In this document: piece by piece, positions 49,011 to 59,418 of the stretch
How positions within the stretch are numbered: position 1 is the first letter of the stretch
How the letters are laid out: each line of letters begins with the position of its first letter
NCBI GenBank assembly: GCA_040398865.1
Contig: JBBATG010000001.1
Location: 12,201 to 76,200, forward strand
From: Mycobacterium sp.
GTDB lineage: Bacteria > Actinomycetota > Actinomycetes > Mycobacteriales > Mycobacteriaceae
Length of the DNA: 64,000 bases
Direction: 5' to 3'
Position numbers and translations under genes: made by a program
Notes under the pieces: generated by a model
The model's database searches: none
Told to the model about the DNA's origin: nothing
Seen by the model: only the letters and a program-made list of their open reading frames with translations

Positions 49011-49712
49011 CTAGGACCCGAACGGGTTTCGGAACACGTACCGCCCCGTGGGCACGGTATCGACATCGACGTTGGCGCCGAAGGCCGCGGTGCTGGCCAC
49101 CATCTTGTTCAGCCGGTCGGTGAGGTCGGCGTCGTCGGAGGCGCCGAAGAAGGCGTGCAGGCTGCCCACCGCCTCGATCGGGAACATCTCCTCGACGATC
49201 GCCGACAGCGGCGGCGCCCCCGCTGTCAGCGGACGGACCACGAAATTCTGCACGTAGCCGAAGGTGGACTGGGTGGCGATCGCCACCGGGGTGTGGTCGT
49301 GATGCCAGCGCCGCAGCCAGGTCTGTTCGTCCAACTCCGCAGGCCTGCGCAACAGCGCCATATTGGCCATACCCGACGCGCGCTCACCCGGGAGCGAGCC
49401 CGGCGGCGGCATCGGCACCGACTCGGTCACCAGGTAGGCGGCCACGTCGTCGGCTTCGGCGCGCAGCATGCGCAGCGCCTCGTCGATTTCGGTGCCGTAG
49501 TACTGCTGCGTCCACAGGCTGACGAAGCCCTGCACCGGTGGGTCGAGTGTGGTCAGTGTCATCAGTGAGTCCCGGACTGCGCCGTCGCGGAGGTTGAGCG
49601 TCACCCCGGGCAGGTCGAGATCGAGCAGGGCGGCGGCTATCGGACCGCGCAGCCGCGCGATCCACTCGTCATCTGAATCCGGACGCCGAAGGGCGACGAT
49701 GACTTTCTCCAT
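49011..49712 (-). CDS. EthD domain protein
   Basis: LLRRPAELD...W.RRWHHDH, GYVQN, IVEEMF. Confidence 0.8.
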   Translation of the reverse strand: MEKVIVALRRPDSDDEWIARLRGPIAAALLDLDLPGVTLNLRDGAVRDSLMTLTTLDPPVQGFVSLWTQQYYGTEIDEALRMLRAEADDVAAYLVTESVPMPPPGSLPGERASGMANMALLRRPAELDEQTWLRRWHHDHTPVAIATQSTFGYVQNFVVRPLTAGAPPLSAIVEEMFPIEAVGSLHAFFGASDDADLTDRLNKMVASTAAFGANVDVDTVPTGRYVFRNPFGS

Positions 49713-49722
49713 TGCGATCTCC

Positions 49723-50346
49723 TCAGTCCCGCAGCCAACGTGGGGTGATGAACACGCCCTCGGCTTCCACCGTGATGCCCTTGGCGTCGCTGATCTGTCC
49801 CGAGCAGAAGGTCTTGACCCCTTCGGTCCTGGTCCGCCACGCCGCCACCCGCAACGCACCCAACGGGGTGGCGCGCAGGTAGCGGACAGTGATGGTGCCG
49901 GTGAAGCGTGGCGTGCGGTCCGGGCTGGCGGCCTCTCCCAGTACATGGTCGAGGATCAGCGCCGAAACCCCGCCGTGGACATGGCCCGGCGGTCCCTCGT
50001 AGGCCGCGCCAAGATGGAAGTCGGCCGCCACGGTGCCGGTCTCGTCGCGGTGGGTGACGACCGGCGGGGCCAAGGCATTGCGGATGCCGATCACGGCGTT
50101 GCCCCATCCGACGCTCTCGCCGGCGGTGGTGTGGCGCACGCCGAAGGCGCCCTCGATCTGACGGCTGCGTAGGCGTGCGACGGCTGCGTTGATGTCCCGG
50201 GTGACCTCGGCGACGGTGTCGGCGTCGGCCTCGGTGCGGATTGTCGCGTCGACCAGGTCTCGCACCGACTCGGCCAGCGGCTCGTAGATACCGCGCAGCC
50301 TGGCGAGTTCCTCGGGCGACCAGTCCTCGACGGTGAACTCCAGCAC
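49723..50346 (-). CDS. PaaI family (hotdog) thioesterase
   Basis: YEGPPGHVHGGVSALILDHVLG, TVRYLRATPL. Confidence 0.88.
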   Translation of the reverse strand: MLEFTVEDWSPEELARLRGIYEPLAESVRDLVDATIRTEADADTVAEVTRDINAAVARLRSRQIEGAFGVRHTTAGESVGWGNAVIGIRNALAPPVVTHRDETGTVAADFHLGAAYEGPPGHVHGGVSALILDHVLGEAASPDRTPRFTGTITVRYLRATPLGALRVAAWRTRTEGVKTFCSGQISDAKGITVEAEGVFITPRWLRD

Positions 50347-50404
50347 ACCTGCACTAGAACACGCCCGCGTCCGGGAGGCGACGGTGGGTCTACAGTTTGC
50401 AGCC

Positions 50405-51724
50405 ATGGCCGACCGTGGCCCGGATTGGGTGCGACACGCGATCTGGTGGCAGGTCTACCCCTTGGGTTTCGCCGGCGCTTTCCCGTCGCGGACTCCCCCG
50501 GACGTCGCCGAGCACCGACTCGGGCGCATCACCGAGTGGCTGGATCATGCGGTCGCCCTCGGTGCCTCGGGGATCGCACTGGGTCCGGTGTTCGCTTCCC
50601 GCACGCACGGCTATGACACCACCGATCACTACCGTCTCGACCCGCGACTGGGGGATGACGCCGACTTCGACCGGCTGATCGCGCACGCCCGCGCCCGCGG
50701 TCTGCGGGTACTGCTCGACGGGGTTTTCAACCACGTGGGCACCGACTTCCCCCGCTACCGCCGCGCCGTCGACAACGGCGACGCCGAGGCCGCGGGATGG
50801 TTCGGCGGCCGGCCCGGCCGATTCCACACCTTCGAGGGTCACGGCGAGCTCATCGCCCTCAACCACGCCAACCCCGCAGTCGCCGACTACACCGTCGCAG
50901 TGATGAAGCACTGGCTGGAGCGCGGTGCCGACGGCTGGCGCCTCGACGCCGCCTACGCGGTGCCGGCTTCGTTCTGGGCGCAGGTGCTGCCGCGGGTGCG
51001 GGCAGCCCACCCCGATGCGTGGTTCCTCGCCGAGGTCATCCACGGCGACTACGTGGCTTTCGTGGATGATTCCAGTGTCGACTCCGTGACCCAGTACGAA
51101 CTGTGGAAGGCGATTTGGAGCAGCCTCAACGACGGGAACTTCCACGAACTGGATTGGGCTCTGCAGCGCCACAACGGATTTCTGGACACCTTCGCCCCGC
51201 TGACCTTCATCGGCAATCACGATGTGACCCGCATCGCGAGCCGTCTGGAGAACTCGGCCCACCTCGCGCATGCCCTGGTGCTGCAGTTCACCACCGGCGG
51301 CGTTCCCTCGGTGTATGCCGGCGACGAATTCGGATATCGGGGCGTCAAGGAGGATCGCATCGGTGGCGACGATGCCGTGCGCCCCGAATTCGGCTCCCCC
51401 GATGCGGATCTCGATCCTGGGGCGCGCGAGATCCTCACCCTGCACCAGTTCCTCATCGGGTTGCGCCGCCGTAACCCCTGGTTGCACGAGGCCAGGACCA
51501 CCGCCGTGAAGGTTGAGAACCGGCAGTACGTCTACCAGAGCCGGTCCGGCGACGACGCGCTGCTGGTGGCGCTCAACATCGGGGACACCCCTTGTGCGCT
51601 GCCGGTGCAGGAACTCACCGGCCGGGTCGCCGAGGTGATCGCCGGTACCGCGGCCCCGCCGCGGGAAGTCCTCGGCCACACGACCGTCGCGCCGCACGGC
51701 TGGCTGGTGCTCAAGCTTGATTGA
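50405..51724 (+). CDS. GH13 alpha-amylase family protein (cyclomaltodextrinase-like)
   Basis: HGYDT, LDGVFNH, WRLDAA (Asp), LAEVIH (Glu), GNHDV (Asp), YAGDE. Confidence 0.92.
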   Translation: MADRGPDWVRHAIWWQVYPLGFAGAFPSRTPPDVAEHRLGRITEWLDHAVALGASGIALGPVFASRTHGYDTTDHYRLDPRLGDDADFDRLIAHARARGLRVLLDGVFNHVGTDFPRYRRAVDNGDAEAAGWFGGRPGRFHTFEGHGELIALNHANPAVADYTVAVMKHWLERGADGWRLDAAYAVPASFWAQVLPRVRAAHPDAWFLAEVIHGDYVAFVDDSSVDSVTQYELWKAIWSSLNDGNFHELDWALQRHNGFLDTFAPLTFIGNHDVTRIASRLENSAHLAHALVLQFTTGGVPSVYAGDEFGYRGVKEDRIGGDDAVRPEFGSPDADLDPGAREILTLHQFLIGLRRRNPWLHEARTTAVKVENRQYVYQSRSGDDALLVALNIGDTPCALPVQELTGRVAEVIAGTAAPPREVLGHTTVAPHGWLVLKLD

Positions 51725-51985
51725 GCAGGTCCAGCGTTCGTGAGTCCGCTTGCCCCTCGTAGAACCTGTCCAGCACCGCCTGGAAGTCCACGCGGGCTGC
51801 GTCGTCGGCGGCGGCTCCGGCGAACAGAGTCATCGACGAGCGCACCATCAGCGCGTCGATCTGCCCGACAATCAGATCCACTGGCCCTGTTTGCGGCCCT
51901 CGCCCAGCTCGCGCAGCACCTGGGGATACGAGCATTCCCGGGCCTGCGCGTTGGCGAAGCGCTGCAGATTGAAGGGATCCCCCAC
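51711..51985 (-). pseudogene. DUF1810 family gene with internal deletion and frameshift
   Basis: Frame A gives VGDPFNLQRFANAQ...VLRELGEGRKQGQWI*; frame B gives IDALMVRSSMTLF...VLDRFYEGQADSRTLDLL*; the central WMWFIFPQ...LGPRL block is missing. Confidence 0.8.
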
Positions 51986-52031
51986 CTGCAGACAAGTTAC
52001 CCTCGCGGTGACCAACCGAAAGGCAAACCCG

Positions 52032-54218
52032 ATGTCGGCACCGCACGAGACCGCCGCAGACGCGACCGCGCCAGAGAAGCGGTCCGTCCTGGCCGATCGG
52101 CTGCGCCGGCGTAAGACCAAGAGCGGCGTCTTCGAGCGGGTGAGCATCCAGTCGAAACTGCTGCTCATGCTCCTGACGATGAGCGTGCTGGCCACCGCAG
52201 TCGCTGGGGCCGTGGGATTCGAATCGGGGCGGAGCTCACTGCGCGCCTCGGTGTTCGAGCGGCTGACCGGGATCCTTGAATCGCAGACCCGCGTGCTGGA
52301 ACTCGGAATCGCCGACCTCAGCAGTTCGCTGTTGATCTTCTCCCGCGGCGAGACGGTGGCCGGTGCTCTCAACGCCTTCAGCGCCGCTTTCGACCAACTC
52401 GGCACCGCGACCGTCGAGCCGGCCCAGAGCAAGGCTCTCGTCGACTACTACAACGCCCGATTCGCCGGTGCCGACGACGGCCGCCTCGACGTCAACGCCC
52501 TGATCCCCTCCTCCATTGCGACGCGTTACCTGCAGTCCCGCTACACCGTGCCATTCGCCGATCGAGATAAAGCCGTCCGCGTCGATGACGCCCGGGACGG
52601 CAGCCGGTGGTCGGCCGCCAATGCGCGCTACAACGGCTACTTTCGGGAGATCGCCACCCGGATGGGGTTTCGGGACGCATTTTTGATCAATGCCCGTGGT
52701 GATGTGGTGTACAGCGCCTACAAGGGTGTCGAGTTGGGCACCAACGTTCTGACCGGGCCGTATCGCGGTGAGGGCAATCTACCCGATGCCTTCCGGAAAG
52801 CTATGGCGTCCAACGACATCGACTATGTCGACATCACCGACTTCGCCGAGTATCTGCCCGCGGGACAACCTACCGCATGGATGCTGGTGCCGGTCGGCGA
52901 TCCGGGGCGTGCCGTCGGCGTGATGGCCGTGGAGTATCCGGCGTCGGTCATCAACAACCTGATGACTGCCGATAGGCAGTGGGAACGGGCCGGGATGGGT
53001 AGGACCGGCGAGTCCTTCCTGGTCGGCAGCGACGACCTGATGCGCTCCGATTCCCGTCTGTTCATTGAGGACCAGGAGGCCTACCGGCGCGATGTGATCG
53101 ACGCCGGCACCCCGCCCGAAGTGGCTGATCGGGCCATCAAGCAGGGCACCACCGTGCTGGTGCAACCGGTCGGTACCAAGGCCGGTGAGGCCGCGCAACG
53201 CGGCGAGACGGGAACCGTGATCGCCACCGACTACCTCGGCCACCGCGCCCTGCAGGCCTACGGGCCACTGAAACTCAAAGGGCTGGATTGGGTGATGGTG
53301 GCCTCGATCGACTCCGTCGAGGCATTCGCCCCGGAGCGCGACTTCGCCCACCGACTGGTCAGGTCGACCGCAATGATCATCTTCATCGCGGTCATCGCCG
53401 CGATGCTGTGGGCTCGTTTCTTCGTCCGTCCCATCAAACGACTCGAGGAGGGCGCCGAGCAGATCAGCACCGGGGACTACAACGTCTCGCTCCCGGTGAA
53501 CTCGCGCGATGAATTCGGTGATCTCACCGTGGCCTTCAACGAGATGAGCCGCAGCCTCGCCATCAAGGACCAGTTACTCACCGAGCAACGCGACGAGAAC
53601 GAACGTCTGCTGCTGTCGCTGATGCCCGAATCGGTGGTGCAGCGTTATCGCGGGGGCGAGGAGACGATCGCCGAGGAGCACCAGGACGTCACCGTCATCT
53701 TCGCTGACCTCGTCGGCCTCGATGAATTGACCAGTGATCTCGGTCCCGAGGAGTCCCTGGAGATCATCAACAAACTGGCGCGGCAGTTCGATGCTGCCGC
53801 CGAGAGCCACGGCGTCGAGCGGGTGCGCAGTACTCACAACGGCTATCTGGCCAGCTGCGGGCTCACCGTCCCACGCCTGGACAACATTCACCGAACCGTC
53901 GATTTCGCGATCGACCTGCAGAAGATCGTCGACCGGCTCAACACCGAGACGGGCCACGAACTGAAGCTGCGGGCCGGGATCGATACCGGCGCGGTGACCA
54001 GCGGCCTGGTCGGTCGGGCCGGACTGGTGTACGACCTGTGGGGCGGGGCGGTGCACCTGGCGTCTGCCCTGCGGCGCGGCCCGGCGCAACCGGGGATCTA
54101 TGTCACCGCCGATGTCTACGAGGCAACCCGCGACACCCGCAACTACGCACCGGCGGGCACCGTGGTCGTGGGCGACCACGAGGAATCGACGTGGCGGCTC
54201 ACCCAGGACCGCGGATGA
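52032..54218 (+). CDS. Membrane Cache-HAMP-class III nucleotidyl cyclase-like protein (Rv2435c-like), catalytically degenerate
   Basis: Two TM helices flanking a periplasmic sensor, HAMP RDEFGDLTVAFNEM, cyclase IFADLVG, LRAGIDTG, YDLWG. Confidence 0.88.
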   Translation: MSAPHETAADATAPEKRSVLADRLRRRKTKSGVFERVSIQSKLLLMLLTMSVLATAVAGAVGFESGRSSLRASVFERLTGILESQTRVLELGIADLSSSLLIFSRGETVAGALNAFSAAFDQLGTATVEPAQSKALVDYYNARFAGADDGRLDVNALIPSSIATRYLQSRYTVPFADRDKAVRVDDARDGSRWSAANARYNGYFREIATRMGFRDAFLINARGDVVYSAYKGVELGTNVLTGPYRGEGNLPDAFRKAMASNDIDYVDITDFAEYLPAGQPTAWMLVPVGDPGRAVGVMAVEYPASVINNLMTADRQWERAGMGRTGESFLVGSDDLMRSDSRLFIEDQEAYRRDVIDAGTPPEVADRAIKQGTTVLVQPVGTKAGEAAQRGETGTVIATDYLGHRALQAYGPLKLKGLDWVMVASIDSVEAFAPERDFAHRLVRSTAMIIFIAVIAAMLWARFFVRPIKRLEEGAEQISTGDYNVSLPVNSRDEFGDLTVAFNEMSRSLAIKDQLLTEQRDENERLLLSLMPESVVQRYRGGEETIAEEHQDVTVIFADLVGLDELTSDLGPEESLEIINKLARQFDAAAESHGVERVRSTHNGYLASCGLTVPRLDNIHRTVDFAIDLQKIVDRLNTETGHELKLRAGIDTGAVTSGLVGRAGLVYDLWGGAVHLASALRRGPAQPGIYVTADVYEATRDTRNYAPAGTVVVGDHEESTWRLTQDRG

Positions 54219-55642
54219 GCATCCTCAGCGCGCCGTGGTTCTACTGGGCTGTGATCGTCGCGGTCGGACTGCCGCTGAGCGTGCTGCTGCTGACTGAACT
54301 GCAACACGCTCTGGACCGCCGCGGCAGCGCACTGGCCCGGCCGGTCGGCCTGCTGCGTACGTTCATCGTTCCGCTGGGCGCGTTCCTGCTACTGCTGGTC
54401 AACACCACCGCCGTCTCCGCTGACGCGACGGGTATCCGCATCATCTCGACAGTGCTGGGCTTCTTCGTGCTCGTAATGGCGCTGTCGGGTGTCAATGGCA
54501 CGGTCTTCGCCTCCGCCCCATCGGGCAGCTGGCGCCGGCGCATGCCGACGATCTTCATCGACGTTGCACGGTTCGCGATCATCGCCGTGGGCCTGGCGAT
54601 GATCCTCGCCTACGTATGGGGGGCCAACGTCGGCGGTTTGTTCACCGCGCTGGGCATCAGCTCGATCGTGCTGGGCCTCACGCTGCAGAACTCTGTCGGC
54701 CAGATCATCTCCGGACTGCTGCTGTTGTTCGAACAGCCCTTCCAGATCGGCGACTGGGTGGAAACCTCCTCGGCGCGCGGCCGCGTGGTAGAGGTGAATT
54801 GGCGCGCCACCCACATCAACACCGGCAGCGGGCTGGAGATCATCCCGAATTCGGTGCTGGCCGGTCAGGCCTTCGCGAACCTGAGTCGTCCGCCCGGCGG
54901 CCACACCATCACGGTGAGCGCGAAGTTCGCCGGTGCGGATGCCCCCGACCGGGTCTGCGCGCTCCTCGTCGATGTCGCCGATGATCTGCCGCAGCTGCAC
55001 CCCGACGGTCGGCCCATCGCCACCGCCACTTCCAGCACCGACTACACCGTCACCATTCCGGTGCGATCCCCCGCCGACGACGTCGCCGCACGATCGACCT
55101 TTCAGCGCTGGCTCTGGTATGCATCGCGGCGAGCCGGAGTATCACTGGACGGTATCGAGGACGACTTCTCATCAACCAGTCGCCGCATCGAGGCGCTGCG
55201 GACTCTCGCTCCGGTGTTGCGTATCAGTCCCACCGATATGGAGGCCCTGTTGCCGCATGTCGAAGTTTTCCGCTACGGCAGCGACGAAGTGATGCAGAAA
55301 AGCGGTGACGTGCCGGCTTCGATGTCCTTCATCGTCAAGGGACGCGTACGCCTCGTCGTCATCGGCAACGACGGCGCTGTCATCCCGATCTCCACCATGC
55401 TCCAGGGTGATTTCATCGGGCAGACGGCCCTGACCCGCGAGCCCGTCACCGGCAACGCCTATGCGGTAGGCGAAGTAACAGTCTTGCAAATGGACCGGGA
55501 TACTCTGGAGCGCTTAGTCTTTCGCAAACCGGAGTTGCTCCAGGACCTCAGCCGAGCGATTGATGAGCGGCGCGAGCGCGCGCGGAACGCTGCTGCCGGC
55601 GGCAGTGTGCGCACGATTGCGACCAGACCCGAAGCGTCCTGA
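54215..55642 (+). CDS. MscS mechanosensitive channel with C-terminal cNMP-binding-like domain (Rv2434c-like)
   Basis: GLTLQNSVGQIISG, PFQIGDWV, VVEVNWRAT, IIPNS; C-terminal FIVKG, GDFIG; ATGA overlap with the cyclase-like gene. Confidence 0.9.
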   Translation: MSILSAPWFYWAVIVAVGLPLSVLLLTELQHALDRRGSALARPVGLLRTFIVPLGAFLLLLVNTTAVSADATGIRIISTVLGFFVLVMALSGVNGTVFASAPSGSWRRRMPTIFIDVARFAIIAVGLAMILAYVWGANVGGLFTALGISSIVLGLTLQNSVGQIISGLLLLFEQPFQIGDWVETSSARGRVVEVNWRATHINTGSGLEIIPNSVLAGQAFANLSRPPGGHTITVSAKFAGADAPDRVCALLVDVADDLPQLHPDGRPIATATSSTDYTVTIPVRSPADDVAARSTFQRWLWYASRRAGVSLDGIEDDFSSTSRRIEALRTLAPVLRISPTDMEALLPHVEVFRYGSDEVMQKSGDVPASMSFIVKGRVRLVVIGNDGAVIPISTMLQGDFIGQTALTREPVTGNAYAVGEVTVLQMDRDTLERLVFRKPELLQDLSRAIDERRERARNAAAGGSVRTIATRPEAS

Positions 55643-55798
55643 ACAGCCACGTTGTCCGATCGCGGGGAGCGCGTCCCCGGCGTGTGACCTGATCGTTGCC
55701 CAACTGCGACTTGGCGCACCGTGTCGCGTCACTGCCTCAATCTCTGGCCGGTGCTTGACTACCCACACAGCAATTGACTGCTGAAAGAACGTGTTTGA

Positions 55799-56815
<1,017 letters not shown>

Positions 56816-56826
56816 GATTCCGTATT

Positions 56827-56862
56827 CAGCAGGCCTGTCGCCCCCGGGCGGCAGGCCTGCTG
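56827..56862. terminator. Probable intrinsic terminator between convergent genes
   Basis: CAGCAGGCCTGTCGCC...GGCGGCAGGCCTGCTG, ~16-bp stem with one G:U pair. Confidence 0.8.
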
Positions 56863-56872
56863 TCATATCTGC

Positions 56873-57697
56873 TCACCGACGGGCTGTCGAGTCGAGGAAC
56901 TCGCGGATGAGGCCGGTGACGGTCTCGGGTTGTTCGACCGTGGCGCTGTGACCGCAGTGGCTCACCTGCTCGAGCCGGGCCCCGGGAACCAGTTCGGCGA
57001 TACGTCGGGCCTTGGCCGGCGGAGTGGCCGCGTCATCGGCGCCGACGATCACCAGTGTCGGGATGGTGATGGACCCGATCTCGGATTCCACCGATGCCCT
57101 GTCGGCAACGCCTTTGACCGCGCGCGCGATCCCCGCCCGACGGCAATCGCGCAGACGCTGCTCCCAATCTCCCAGCAGGGGGGCATTGGCAGGATCGGCC
57201 AGAAAATCCGGACCGAACATCAACGGCAGCACCGCCTTGCGCAGCGGCCCGATACCCACGAACCGGTAGGCCGCGCCCATGAGTTTGTACTGGCGTACCT
57301 TATCTGGATCCTCCGGTCCTGCACTGGTATCGAGAAGCGTCAGTGAGCGCACCAGTTCGGAGTGACGGGCGGCGATCCGCTGGCCGATGAAACCACCCAT
57401 CGACAGGCCGACGTAGTGCACCGGTCCCACACCGAGTTCGCCGATGAGCGCGATCGCATCCTCGGCGAGGGTGTCCATGTCGTACCCGCCGGCGGGGGCT
57501 GAGCTGGCGCCCTGACCGCGCCAGTCGATCGCCACGCAGCGGTAGTCGTTCTTGAGCGAGGCGATCTGCGGTCCGAACATCCATCCGCCGAACAGCAGCC
57601 CGTGACCGAAGAAGATGGTGGCGGCACCGGGTCTGTCACGCGGGATTCCGGTATCGGTGTAGTGGATCGTCGCGCCGTCGCGGGTGAATTCGGCCAT
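56873..57697 (-). CDS. Alpha/beta hydrolase (PcaD enol-lactone hydrolase-like)
   Basis: HGLL, DWRGQG, GLSMGG, GADD, CGHSATVEQP. Confidence 0.9.
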   Translation of the reverse strand: MAEFTRDGATIHYTDTGIPRDRPGAATIFFGHGLLFGGWMFGPQIASLKNDYRCVAIDWRGQGASSAPAGGYDMDTLAEDAIALIGELGVGPVHYVGLSMGGFIGQRIAARHSELVRSLTLLDTSAGPEDPDKVRQYKLMGAAYRFVGIGPLRKAVLPLMFGPDFLADPANAPLLGDWEQRLRDCRRAGIARAVKGVADRASVESEIGSITIPTLVIVGADDAATPPAKARRIAELVPGARLEQVSHCGHSATVEQPETVTGLIREFLDSTARR

Positions 57698-57708
57698 ACG
57701 CGCAGAGC

Positions 57709-59202
57709 CTAGGTGGTGGGCCTACGGGCGCCTGCGGACACCACCTCTGCCCGGCCGTCGGCGCTCACCCGCACCTCAGCCCCGGCGATATCCTCAGCCA
57801 CGGTCGCTGCCGCCGCATCGGCATCGTCGATCAGTGCCAGGGCGCGGCCACCATCGGGCGTTCGCACGGCCACGAAGGCCTTCTCCGGTGTGCCGTCCCG
57901 GTCAAATGGCACCGTCCAGGCTTCCACCGATCCGACACCTTCCCACTCCACGTGGGCAGTCCGGGTGGGTTCGCGATCCACCTCGGCCTGGACATCCTCC
58001 CAGCGGAAGGGCGTTGCCGGCGGTGTGGTGCTGTAGACGCCGAAACTGTGTTTGGTCAGATACCCGCCGTTAGCGGTGATCAGCCCCCGCGTCCCGGGCT
58101 GGGCACGCAGCACCTCGGCCATGGTGGCGATGGAGTGCATGACGTAGTTGTTCCACGGGCCGCCGGCGAAGGTCAGTCCGCCGGTGACGGTGAGCGGACG
58201 CCCGGCGGGCAGACCGAGTTCGCCGGCTGCCACCTGAACCGCCGACGGGAAACACGAATAGAGGTCGACGTGGTCGAGATCGTCAACGCCGAGGCCGGAC
58301 AACTCCAGTACCCGCCGCCCGCCGATACGGATGGCCGGGGAGCGATGCAACTCGGCGCGTTCACCGATGAGATAGGTGTCGTGCGAGTCCGTCCCGGCGT
58401 GCGGGAAAACCCAACTGTCGCGGGGGATCTGCAGATATTCCGCCATCTGCGCCGAACACAGTATTAGCGCCGCGGCCTGATCCACCATGTTGTTGGAGTT
58501 CATCAGCTTGGGATAGGGCCAGGAGATCATCCGGTTCTCCGCGCCGACTGCAGCGATCTGTTCGGCCGACAAAGCTTGGCGTACCCAGGCGTGTGGATTG
58601 TCCGCGGCGACCGCGCTGAATCCGGCCCACAGTTCGCCGATCCGGCGCTGATGCTCTGCACTGGACTCCCCCGCGGAGATTCGCAGGGACTGCTCGAAGA
58701 GCGGATAGACGAACGACGGGCGGTCGAGGCCGATGCGTTCCTCGGCGGGACCGGCCATCGGCACGTCGGCTCCCGATCCCGGCGGTACCGCCACGGAATC
58801 GTCCTGGCGGGTCCAGTTCGGCCGGATGCCTCTGGCACGCAAACGCATCCGTGTGCGCCAGGTCTCTCCGCCGGCGAGCAGAACCACCCCGGCCCTTCCC
58901 TGCTGGATATCCAGGCACGTCTGGTTGACCAATGACTGGGGGGTGTTGCCGCCGATACCGGTGTACTGCGTGGCGGCATCGGGAGCTCCGATGAGCCGGC
59001 CGAGTAACAGACCTGGGTCGCGGTAACGCCAGGACAGTAGGTTGACCACCCGGACGGAATCGACAGCGGCGAGGACTCGGGGATCGGCCGCCTCGCGGGC
59101 CGCGGCGGCCATCAGGTCGACGGGCTCAGTGTCTGGGCTCTCGTCGCGCTGATTGACCTGTCCGACGCCGACGATCACCGGTGTGCGCGGGTCCAGGCCC
59201 AT
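57709..59202 (-). CDS. Thiolase-like protein type 1 (Rv1867-like)
   Basis: DPRTPVIVGVGQ, GGNTPQSLV, YPKLMNS, DLYSCFP, TGGLTFAGGPWNNY, C-terminal extra domain. Confidence 0.88.
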   Translation of the reverse strand: MGLDPRTPVIVGVGQVNQRDESPDTEPVDLMAAAAREAADPRVLAAVDSVRVVNLLSWRYRDPGLLLGRLIGAPDAATQYTGIGGNTPQSLVNQTCLDIQQGRAGVVLLAGGETWRTRMRLRARGIRPNWTRQDDSVAVPPGSGADVPMAGPAEERIGLDRPSFVYPLFEQSLRISAGESSAEHQRRIGELWAGFSAVAADNPHAWVRQALSAEQIAAVGAENRMISWPYPKLMNSNNMVDQAAALILCSAQMAEYLQIPRDSWVFPHAGTDSHDTYLIGERAELHRSPAIRIGGRRVLELSGLGVDDLDHVDLYSCFPSAVQVAAGELGLPAGRPLTVTGGLTFAGGPWNNYVMHSIATMAEVLRAQPGTRGLITANGGYLTKHSFGVYSTTPPATPFRWEDVQAEVDREPTRTAHVEWEGVGSVEAWTVPFDRDGTPEKAFVAVRTPDGGRALALIDDADAAAATVAEDIAGAEVRVSADGRAEVVSAGARRPTT

Positions 59203-59215
59203 GCCATCCCCTCTC

Positions 59216-59231
59216 GTTGACGGCTGTCAAC
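59216..59231. promoter_or_regulatory. Palindromic operator overlapping the thiolase-like gene promoter
   Basis: GTTGAC-GGCT-GTCAAC; overlaps a minus-strand extended -10 (TGt-TAAGTT, 59229-59234). Confidence 0.6.
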
Positions 59232-59418
59232 TTAACACCGTGGCGTATCGCGGCATGCGCGACAAACGTCTGACCCGGGCTTCCCGTTCTACCCGGCGGG
59301 GGGCGACGTTGGCGAGGAGCAGTACCCCGATCTCGAACGGGAGGCGGCCGCCGCGTTCGCGCGGGACCAGCCGATCACCGGTACGACTCCGCCCGCCCGC
59401 AAGGAATGAAAGCCGGTT

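Noticed and set aside
50355-50368. KstR-like TAGAACACGCCCGC upstream of the thioesterase-EthD-echA genes
   Set aside because: Only the left half-site matches (5 of 8 fixed positions).
51760-51773. KstR-like TAGAACCTGTCCAG
   Set aside because: Mismatched right half, and located inside the 3' part of the DUF1810 remnant, not in a promoter.
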